Assembly: GCA_039028615.1 (NCBI GenBank)
Contig: JBCCHT010000023.1
Span: forward strand, 144,849 to 208,848
Length of the DNA stretch: 64,000 nt
Direction: 5' to 3'
DNA from: Myxococcota bacterium
GTDB taxonomy: Bacteria > Myxococcota_A > Polyangia > Nannocystales > Nannocystaceae
The notes under the pieces were generated by a model. It was not told the DNA's origin, searched no databases, and saw nothing but the letters and a program-made list of their open reading frames with translations. Each line of letters begins with the position of its first letter. Position 1 is the stretch's first letter. Below, piece by piece: positions 1 through 7,733 of the stretch. The position numbers and the translations under genes are program-made.

Positions 1-489
1 GACCCGGGCTTCCCCGCGGTGGAGGTCTTCGAGCTCGGTGAAGGCCCGGTGGTGGCCGATTGGATTCGGCGCTTCCCGGGCGATCCACCCAGCGGCTTCG
101 GCATGCCCAGCGAGCTGGACGGGTTCTTCGACACGCGGCTCGGCTCGGACTGCTACCCCGAGGCGGTCGACGACGAGTGGTGGTGCCTGCACCCTCTGAC
201 CGTGTGGGTCGACGAGTGGGTCAACTTCTCGGACTCCAATTGTCAGCACCCCGTGCACGCCGTGAACCGCAACGTCAGCACCTTGATGCTCACGGGTGAG
301 GCTGCGGTCGAAGGGGCCGGCCTCCACGGCCACTCCTATTGGACGGTCGACATCCTCGAGAACGAGACCGTCTACGAGATGTTCTACGGCGAGTGTCGCG
401 TCGACCCGGTCACCCACGGCTCCAGCTTTGCTCGCCCGGTGGCCGAGCTCGCGATCGAGCCGATCCGCATCACCGAGCATCTCGAGTGA
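1..489 (+). CDS. Hypothetical protein, 3' part (frame open from the window start)
   Basis: Frame 1 is open from base 1 (DPGFPAVEVF...) to TGA at 487-489, with GC3-rich codon usage; no recognisable motif. Confidence 0.6.
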   Translation, partial: DPGFPAVEVFELGEGPVVADWIRRFPGDPPSGFGMPSELDGFFDTRLGSDCYPEAVDDEWWCLHPLTVWVDEWVNFSDSNCQHPVHAVNRNVSTLMLTGEAAVEGAGLHGHSYWTVDILENETVYEMFYGECRVDPVTHGSSFARPVAELAIEPIRITEHLE

Positions 490-521
490 TCGAGGTGTGA
501 GTTTTGCGGAATACTCGGTGC

Positions 522-549
522 TTGAATCGGCGGCGAATCCCCGTAGGGT
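522..549 (+). promoter_or_regulatory. Possible sigma70-type promoter for the aspS leader
   Basis: TTGAAT (522-527), 16-nt spacer, TAGGGT (544-549), about 30 nt before the leader ATG. Confidence 0.3.
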
Positions 550-579
550 CAAATTAGGCGACCCCTGAAAGGACCACGC

Positions 580-624
580 ATGGACCACGACGACGACGGT
601 GATGATCGGAGGGGGCGCGCCTAG
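580..624 (+). CDS. Asp-rich leader peptide MDHDDDGDDRRGRA (putative attenuator of aspS)
   Basis: SD-like GAAAGGA ending 6 nt before ATG 580; 6 Asp codons among codons 2-9; TAG at 622-624; directly upstream of an aspartyl-tRNA synthetase. Confidence 0.8.
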   Translation: MDHDDDGDDRRGRA

Positions 625-699
625 ATTTCATTTCACGAATCGGCCCCGGGCGCGTGCCCTCGCGTGCAACGACCGCGGGCCGATCGAAGGAACGAAATC
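609..699 (+). promoter_or_regulatory. Alternative RNA helices of the aspS leader (SD sequestrator / anti-sequestrator)
   Basis: ATCGGCCC 639-646 pairs with GGGCCGAT 677-684 and GATTTC 624-629 with GAAATC 694-699, enclosing SD GAAGGA 686-691. A competing helix pairs 609-621 with 649-661. Confidence 0.6.
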
Positions 700-2007
700 A
701 TGGAGAACAACCGAATTCGCACCGTACAGGTGCGTCAGCATATTGGTGAGCGCGTCACGATCTGCGGCTGGGTGCACGCGATACGACGCCTGGGCAAAGT
801 CGCATTCGTCATCGTCCGCGACGGCTTCGGCACGATTCAGGTCGTGGCGAGTCGAGCGGCGCTGGCCCCCTTGGAACGTACGCGGGCCGGCCCCGAGTCG
901 GTCGTACGCATTGAGGCCGAGGCGGTCGCCAATGCGGGCTCCCCCGGCGGCATCGAGCTGGTGGCGCCGCAGATCGAGGTCTTGGTGCCCGTCACCGAGC
1001 CCTTGCCCGTCGAGCTGAACAAGCAGCTGCGCACCGCCAAGCTGCCCACGCTGCTCGACCATGCGCCGACCGTCCTACGGGCACCGACTCGGCGAGCGGT
1101 GCTCGAGCTTTCGGCCGGAGTGATGGCCGGCTTTCGGCACACGCTCACCGAGCGGGGCTTCACCGAGATCCAGACGCCGAAGCTGGTGGGCGCCGCGACC
1201 GAGAGCGGCGCCAACGTGTTCGCACTCGAGTACTTCGGAGGGCATGCCTACCTGGCCCAGAGCCCGCAGCTGTACAAGCAGATGATGGTGGGGGTGTTCG
1301 AGCGGGTCTTCGAAGTCGGCCCCGTGTTTCGAGCCGAGCCGCACGCCACGGTTCGTCATCTATCGCAGTACGTCAGCCTCGACGTCGAGCTCGGCTTCAT
1401 CGAGGACCACGGCTGCGTGATCGAGCAGCTCGAGGCGGTCCTCGCGGGCATCCTCGAGACTCTGCGAGCACGGTGCAGCCCGGCCCTCGAAGCGCTGGAG
1501 GTCGAGCTTCCCGCCGTCGAATCGCCGCTGCCGAGGATCGAGTTCGGCGAAGCGCGGGCCATGCTGGCCGCCGAGGGCATCGGGCCGCGTGAAGCCGAGG
1601 ACCTCGCTCCGGCCGAGGAGCGCTGGCTGGGGCAGTGGGCGCAACGCGAGCACGGCAGCGCGTGGTTGGTCGTCACCGGCTATCCCATGGCCAAGCGTCC
1701 CTTCTACACGCACCCCGCCCCGGGTCGCCCGGAGGTCTCGAACTCGTTCGACCTGTTGTTCCGGGGCACCGAGCTGGTCACGGGAGGTCAGCGACTGCAT
1801 CGCCACGAGGCACTGCTCGCGGCGATGAGCGCGGCGGGGGTCGACCCCCTACTGCTGGCCGGCTACCTGGAGTCGTTTCGCTTCGGTATGCCTCCGCACG
1901 GTGGTTTCGCCATCGGGCTCGAGCGCTTCGTGACGCAGCTGCTCGGTCTCGACAACATTCGGCTCGCGACGTTGCTGCCGCGCGACCCCGGACGGCTCAC
2001 CCCATGA
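700..2007 (+). CDS. aspS: Aspartyl-tRNA synthetase, short archaeal-type, probably non-discriminating (Asp/Asn)
   Basis: OB-fold N-terminus GWVHAIRRLGKVAF; LAQSPQLYKQ, GPVFRAE and GMPPHGGFAIGLER class II motifs; about 435 aa with no GAD insert; ATG 700 follows GAAGGA. Confidence 0.92.
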   Translation: MENNRIRTVQVRQHIGERVTICGWVHAIRRLGKVAFVIVRDGFGTIQVVASRAALAPLERTRAGPESVVRIEAEAVANAGSPGGIELVAPQIEVLVPVTEPLPVELNKQLRTAKLPTLLDHAPTVLRAPTRRAVLELSAGVMAGFRHTLTERGFTEIQTPKLVGAATESGANVFALEYFGGHAYLAQSPQLYKQMMVGVFERVFEVGPVFRAEPHATVRHLSQYVSLDVELGFIEDHGCVIEQLEAVLAGILETLRARCSPALEALEVELPAVESPLPRIEFGEARAMLAAEGIGPREAEDLAPAEERWLGQWAQREHGSAWLVVTGYPMAKRPFYTHPAPGRPEVSNSFDLLFRGTELVTGGQRLHRHEALLAAMSAAGVDPLLLAGYLESFRFGMPPHGGFAIGLERFVTQLLGLDNIRLATLLPRDPGRLTP

Positions 2008-2136
2008 ACCGAGCGGGCGCGGGTGCTCGGGGCCTCAGCCCTGGGGGCCCGCGCCCTCCCGCGCTCGACCTTCGATCGAAACCAACTGCAGTCGACGGTA
2101 GTGCCTCTTCCGTCGGCCAGATACGATGGAAAAATC

Positions 2137-3285
2137 GTGAAGTCCGGTGCGTTGATCAAGGGCGTCCTGTTGCTCGGCTCGTTGCTGCTCGGGGGTTGTC
2201 CCGGCTCGTCCGGCAGCGGGGACTCGGCGGCCGCCGACGACGGGACCAACGAGACCGGAGAGCAGGAGCCCTCGGTCGGCCCCGACGGCACCGTGTGCGC
2301 GCCCGGGTACACCTGCTGGGCCGATCCGAGCGACGACGTCGTCTGGGTCATGAAGGACGACGGCAACGTCAACGGCCCCTCGTGCAAGTCCGTGTGCGAG
2401 AACGCCTTGAGCGACAACTGCGAGTTCAACGGCTGCGATGCCGGTCGAGCCGTCGCGTATACCGATATCCCCAGCTTCGCCCCGGTGGCGGAAGGGCTCG
2501 GCTTCAGCTGTCGCGAGGGCGGATGCTGGTGGCCCGACGCTCCCGGCGAGGGCCTGTATCTCGTGTCGATCGATACCGACGAGGACGGCAGCAAGTCCTG
2601 CTACTTCCCCACCCAAGAGCAGCTCGAGTGCAACACACACCCCGGCAACGCCAACTGCTTCGGTGAGCGCTACGCGGCCGTGTGCCCCTGCGTTCCCAAG
2701 GAGCTCGACCAAGCCTGCGAGTGGGAGTGCCCGCCTCAACACACCACGCGCGCGACCTGGAAGACGGACGGCACCAGCTGCGTCGAGCGGATCAACTACT
2801 GGCGTCGGGTCGCATGCGAAGAAGGCTGGGTCGAGTGTCCGCCCGCTGGCCTTCCGCCCATGGTCGAGTGCACCGCGTGCCACGAGTGCGCCAACTCTGA
2901 GGCCCAGTACGACTCGGAGAACGGCGCCCACGCCTCGTTCGGTCGCTGCGGCGAGAACGTCCAGGGCGAGGGCGGAGGCGCGACCTGTGCCGACGTCATC
3001 GACTCGTTCGTCAGCGAGCGCGCTCCCGACGAAGACGGCGTGATGCGCTGCCAAGGCCACTGCGGCCCCATCCTCGCCCCGGGCTGCCAGACCTTCTTTT
3101 GGGGCAAGGCCATGGACTCCGGCTTCCACACGCTGAACTGGCGCTCGTGCAACGTCGAGGCCTGCACGTCGTACTGCGACGAGAACCCGGGCGATTGTTT
3201 CACGCACGAGACCTCCCCGGACCTGACCTGCGACGACCCCGACGAAGGGGCCGAGCCCGGCCCGGACATCCTGGCCTGCGGCTGA
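2137..3285 (+). CDS. Cys-rich lipoprotein with C-terminal CAP/SCP-like domain
   Basis: Signal/lipobox LLLGGC; many Cys; CVERINYWRR...AHASFGRCGEN...GH resembles the CAP fold. Start GTG 2137 inferred. Confidence 0.7.
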   Translation: MKSGALIKGVLLLGSLLLGGCPGSSGSGDSAAADDGTNETGEQEPSVGPDGTVCAPGYTCWADPSDDVVWVMKDDGNVNGPSCKSVCENALSDNCEFNGCDAGRAVAYTDIPSFAPVAEGLGFSCREGGCWWPDAPGEGLYLVSIDTDEDGSKSCYFPTQEQLECNTHPGNANCFGERYAAVCPCVPKELDQACEWECPPQHTTRATWKTDGTSCVERINYWRRVACEEGWVECPPAGLPPMVECTACHECANSEAQYDSENGAHASFGRCGENVQGEGGGATCADVIDSFVSERAPDEDGVMRCQGHCGPILAPGCQTFFWGKAMDSGFHTLNWRSCNVEACTSYCDENPGDCFTHETSPDLTCDDPDEGAEPGPDILACG

Positions 3286-3289
3286 TCGC

Positions 3290-3321
3290 CTCGAGCGAGA
3301 CCTCCCTCGGTCTCGCTCGAG
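3290..3321 (+). terminator. Perfect 13-bp stem-loop after the stop codon
   Basis: CTCGAGCGAGACC-tccctc-GGTCTCGCTCGAG; no U-tract. Confidence 0.55.
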
Positions 3322-3433
3322 TCATGGGCCTGATGCAGGGGCCATCGAAGGCCAGGGACGAGAGTGTGCGGGCCCGCTGCCGATCCCCCCTCATGCATCG
3401 CTGACCGGGAACGCGGGGTACCACTGCGCGCGG

Positions 3434-4089
3434 GTGGGGACGAAGGCCGAGTGTGCCGGGCTCAGCCCCTTGGGCCACAACCCGACCGAGCTGTGGACGC
3501 GAGCCGACATCCACGCGATCGATGCGGGACCGCGCCTGACCAGCGACCCCATCATCGCCGGGTTGCGCGGGCGGGGCGGCGATACGGCGATCGTTCGGCT
3601 CGACGAAGATCCGCCGGCCTCGCCCTGGCTCGAGTGGCCCGGCATCGTGTCGTTCTCCGTCGGCGTCACCCAGGCCTGCGCGATCGTGAAGGGAGGCGAG
3701 GTGGTCTGCCGCAATCGCGACCTGGGCATGCTGAAGATCGAGGCGGGGCAAGCGGGCATCCCCGGCGACGGGTTTCGCGTGGGACGCGTGCCCGGGGTCT
3801 CGAAGGCGGTGGAGATCGAAGCCGCCGCCAAGGCGACCTGCGTGCTGACCCACGAGCATCGGATCACCTGCTGGGGAGACAACGACCACGGGCAGCTCGG
3901 CCTGGCCGACCCGGCCGCGCGGTCTCGGCCAGTTCGCGTCGAGGGCCTGCCGCCGCTCACCAACCTGCTGGGCAACGACGGGCACGCGTGCGGCCTCGCC
4001 GACGATGGCCGGCTGATGTGCTGGGGCTCCGATCGCCACGGGCAGCTCGGCGGCGAGACCCAGATCGTGACCGGATGCCGAAGGGCTAG
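3434..4089 (+). pseudogene. RCC1-repeat protein fragment (possibly truncated or frameshifted)
   Basis: TCVLTHEHRITCWGDNDHGQLG and HACGLADDGRLMCWGSDRHGQLG repeats; only 2-3 blades; the frame runs on to 4453 antisense into the kinase gene. Confidence 0.55.
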
Positions 4090-4090
4090 A

Positions 4091-7054
4091 TCACTCGCCG
4101 AGCGGATTCTCGTCGAGCCACTCCTGGAGCTGATCGCGGAGCACCTGCGGGCTGTCCTCGGCCTCTCGCCACAGCCGCCAGGCCTCTTCGTTGAGCACCT
4201 TGGCCCGGCCACGATCCCGAGCCGGGCCTTCGATCTTCCACAGCGCCTGCGCGAGGTTCTGGGCTCCTTCCACCCGCATCTCCAGCGTCGATCCGTCGTT
4301 CTGTCGGCGAGCGTAGACCTCCTCCAGCATGGGCAGGGCTTCGGCAAACTCGCCCTTGTCCAGCAACAAGACGGCCAGGTTCGAACGCACCGCCGTCGTG
4401 TACCGATGATCGGGGCCCATGGACTCCACGAGCCGCGGAAGGATGTCTCGTGACTCGGCCTCGACTTCATCGAGGCGTTCGAGCTGGTACAGCACGCTGG
4501 TCAGGTTGATCCGGGCGCCCAGCACATGATGGTGATTAGGGCCCAGCCGCTCTTCGAGCCGCTTCGCTGCGATTCGTTGCTGGACCAGCGCTTCTTCGTG
4601 TCGACCCATCCTCACGAGCAAGCTACCCAGGTTGGCGCGCGCCAGATCGCCGTAGAACACCTCCGCATCCTGGGCCTCGTCTCCCGTCTCGATGAGGGCG
4701 CGAAACTCAGCCTCCGCCTCTTCGTACTTCCCCCGGCTTCGCAGCACGATGGCGAGATGCTGCCGGGTCGCCGCCGCTTGGGAGTGCTCGCGGCCCAAGG
4801 CCTGAACCTGCATCTCGAGCGCCGCCCGAAGCTCGGTCTCCGCCTCCTCGTACTCCTCGAGCTTGATCAGCGTGACGCCGAGTCGATCGCGGAGCGTGGC
4901 CACCGAGGGGTGGCGCGGGCCCAAGGATGCCTCCATCTGAGAGATCGCCGCCCGGTGCTCGGCCTGTGCCTCCGCGTCTTTGCCCTTCGCCTCGAGCACG
5001 CTGGCCACGTTGCTCCGAACGAAGGCCACCTTGTGATGCTCGGCCCCGTACGCCTGCGCATACAGGTCTGCCGCCAGTCGATATCCGGCCTCCGCTTCGT
5101 CGTATTTGCCCTGCGCACGCAGAGTGGCCGCGATGATGTCTTGCACCCGCGCCTCGTCTTGAGCTCGACCGCGAGCGAGACCCAACGCGACGCGACGGTA
5201 CTGGAGCGCCTCTTCGAAGCGTCGTTGTTCGGGGCCCAGCACGCCCATCACGTGGGCGGTGGCATCACGCATGGCATCCCACAGACGCAGGGCCGACGCC
5301 TCTTCGAGCGCATCCAGCGAAACCTCGACCGACTCGTCGTACTCACCGACCGCCGACAGCAGGTGAGCCTGTTGAAGCTTCACCTCGACCTGAACCGGTC
5401 GATAGTCCACCGCGGCGAGTCGGACCTTGGCGTGCTCGAGCTCGGTGGCCGCGGCATCGAAGCGAGCGGCCCGGCGAAGGTTGCGTACCCGCGACAACGA
5501 CTCGCGAATCGCGGCGACCGTCTCTTCGTCCTCGGGCCGGGGTGGCTCCACCGCCGCCGACAACGCCTGAGGGTCCGAACACCGAGCCAGCGGACGCAGG
5601 CCTCCGACGAAATCGTGAGCGTTGCTCGCCACGTCGACGTCCGCGTCGGCCAGCATGTCGACGGTGGTTCGCAGATCGACCGCGGCCCGGCTCAAGCAGC
5701 TCATGCGGAGGTCCAACATCTGGGCCGACTGCTCCCCGCGGACCGTGGTCGCCCGGCAGGCCTCGGTGTGCGTCGCCACCCAGTCGTCGGCGTACGCATC
5801 GAGTTCTGCCGAGGTCTTGTCCCAGACCTCGGACGCGAACGGTGTCGTCAGGCCTTGGAACACGGCCGCGACCTCCTCCCGTCGCGCGTCGTCCCAGACC
5901 CCGACCAGCTGTTGCTCCGCGCCCGAGCACCGCTCGGACTGCGCGGTCGCCAGGACTTGCGCCATCAACCCGCCACCACCCAGCACCCCGACTCCCAGCA
6001 CGCCCAGCACCCATCGCTGACGCCGACGGCCGGGGTCCCAGGTGAGGGCTTCGAGCAACGGTTCCATCGATGGCCAGCGGTCATCGGGCGCCACCGCCAG
6101 GCCGCGTCGGAGGGCCTCCACCATGCGCCGAGGCACGGCCGGAGCCCGCGAAGGCCAACTCGGCGCCCCCGCGCGCTTGGCCTCGACGAGCTCTTCGATG
6201 GTCTCGCCCCCGAAGGGCATCTCGCCCGTCAGCCCCTGCCAAAGCGCCACGCAGAAGCTGTACTGGTCGGTTCGAGCATCGGGCACCGCCCCTTCGTGCT
6301 GCTCGGGAGACATGAACCGAGGCGTGCCGAGCACGATGCCCGGCACGGTCAGAAACGACGCGCTGTTGACCCGACCCGAGCTCGTGAGCCTCGTACCTTC
6401 GGACTCCGCCAGCGGAGCGGACTCGGGTTCGTCCAGCGATCGGGCCAGCCCGAAGTCGAGGACCTTCACCACTCCGTCTTCGCCACGCATCGCGTTGTGG
6501 GGCTTGAAATCGCGATGGACCAAGCCGGCATCGTGCGCGGCCAGCAGCCCCCGACCCGCTTGCAGATAGACCCGCACGATCTCCGGCCACGGATGCTCGC
6601 GCCGACGCCAAGCGTCGAGGCTCTCGCCCCGAACGAACTCCATCGCCAGGAACATCTGGCCGTCGTCGCTCTCCCCCACCTCGTGCACGGTGACCACGTT
6701 GGGGTGAGAGAGCCTCGCTTGGGTCTGTGCCTCCCGTTGGAAGCGCAGGCGGCTCTCCTCGTTGGGCAGCTCGTCTTCGCGGAGGACCTTGACCGCCACC
6801 TTGCGGTCGAGCTCCTCGTCATAGGCAGCGTAGACCATGCCCATGCCGCCCTGCCCCAGCTCGTCGAGCACGGTGAACCGACCGAAACGCACCGCCATGG
6901 CCTTCGGGGCGAAGATCCGCGACCGCACCCGCACCTCGATCGCCCGCTGAGCCCCGCGATCGGTGTCGGCCCCGTCCTGGTGCCTGCACGTGACCGCGTC
7001 CTCGTCGTTGGCGTCGGCTACGCCTTCGGGGCGGCTCGGACTGTCGGAGGCCAT
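4091..7054 (-). CDS. Ser/Thr protein kinase with TM segment and TPR repeats
   Basis: LGQGGMG, VAVK, HRDFKPHN, DFG, GTPRFMSPE; TM segment after RRRQR; kinesin-light-chain-like TPRs (LGPxHP). Confidence 0.95.
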   Translation of the reverse strand: MASDSPSRPEGVADANDEDAVTCRHQDGADTDRGAQRAIEVRVRSRIFAPKAMAVRFGRFTVLDELGQGGMGMVYAAYDEELDRKVAVKVLREDELPNEESRLRFQREAQTQARLSHPNVVTVHEVGESDDGQMFLAMEFVRGESLDAWRRREHPWPEIVRVYLQAGRGLLAAHDAGLVHRDFKPHNAMRGEDGVVKVLDFGLARSLDEPESAPLAESEGTRLTSSGRVNSASFLTVPGIVLGTPRFMSPEQHEGAVPDARTDQYSFCVALWQGLTGEMPFGGETIEELVEAKRAGAPSWPSRAPAVPRRMVEALRRGLAVAPDDRWPSMEPLLEALTWDPGRRRQRWVLGVLGVGVLGGGGLMAQVLATAQSERCSGAEQQLVGVWDDARREEVAAVFQGLTTPFASEVWDKTSAELDAYADDWVATHTEACRATTVRGEQSAQMLDLRMSCLSRAAVDLRTTVDMLADADVDVASNAHDFVGGLRPLARCSDPQALSAAVEPPRPEDEETVAAIRESLSRVRNLRRAARFDAAATELEHAKVRLAAVDYRPVQVEVKLQQAHLLSAVGEYDESVEVSLDALEEASALRLWDAMRDATAHVMGVLGPEQRRFEEALQYRRVALGLARGRAQDEARVQDIIAATLRAQGKYDEAEAGYRLAADLYAQAYGAEHHKVAFVRSNVASVLEAKGKDAEAQAEHRAAISQMEASLGPRHPSVATLRDRLGVTLIKLEEYEEAETELRAALEMQVQALGREHSQAAATRQHLAIVLRSRGKYEEAEAEFRALIETGDEAQDAEVFYGDLARANLGSLLVRMGRHEEALVQQRIAAKRLEERLGPNHHHVLGARINLTSVLYQLERLDEVEAESRDILPRLVESMGPDHRYTTAVRSNLAVLLLDKGEFAEALPMLEEVYARRQNDGSTLEMRVEGAQNLAQALWKIEGPARDRGRAKVLNEEAWRLWREAEDSPQVLRDQLQEWLDENPLGE

Positions 7055-7211
7055 GCATGTTCATGGTCCCCCGCGCCGCTCGTCACTGACAAGCGCTCAT
7101 CCGCCTTCGAGCCATTTCTGCACGGTCGGCGAACACCGAAACCTCGGACCGAATACTCAGTGCCCCTCGGTAGGTTTTGCAGGGCGGACATCCTGAGGCA
7201 GATTGCGCATC

Positions 7212-7733
7212 ATGGAATTGTTCGGCACGCGGCGCTTCTTGGTTCGCCTGTGGCGTGACGACGACGACGATGTCGACGCCTGCTTCGCGATCTATCGCGA
7301 CGAGGACGTCTCGCGCTGGCTCGAGCGCCCGCCCTTTCACTCGCGCAGCCAGGCCCGCGAAGCCAACCTCCGCCAGCTCGATCACCAGGCGCGGCACCCC
7401 GGGCTCGGCTGGTGGCCGATCGTGAACCGAGCCGATGCGGAGATCGTGGGTCAGGCCGCGTTGATGCCCATCCCCGATGCACCCGACGATCTCGAGCTCG
7501 GCTACCACGTCGCGCGCCCCTGGTGGGGACGCGGCGTAGCGACCGAAGTGGCGCGCGGCGTGCTCGACTACGCGGCGCAGCACTTTCCCGCCCGACGGGT
7601 CATCGCCGTGACCCGCCCACACAACGCCGCATCACGCCGCGTGATGGAGAAGATCGGCCTGCGCTTCGCGGGCGAGACCGTGTTCAAGGGGCTGCACTCG
7701 GTCGAGTACGTGGCCGGCCCGCCTACGGAGTGA
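7212..7733 (+). CDS. GNAT acetyltransferase, RimJ/RimL family
   Basis: ELGYHVARPWWGRGVATE and NAASRRVMEKIG motifs. Confidence 0.9.
   Translation: MELFGTRRFLVRLWRDDDDDVDACFAIYRDEDVSRWLERPPFHSRSQAREANLRQLDHQARHPGLGWWPIVNRADAEIVGQAALMPIPDAPDDLELGYHVARPWWGRGVATEVARGVLDYAAQHFPARRVIAVTRPHNAASRRVMEKIGLRFAGETVFKGLHSVEYVAGPPTE

Noticed and set aside
490..700. T-box riboswitch upstream of aspS
   Set aside because: No T-box consensus (UGGNACC) or U-tailed terminator found; the Asp-rich uORF explains the leader better.
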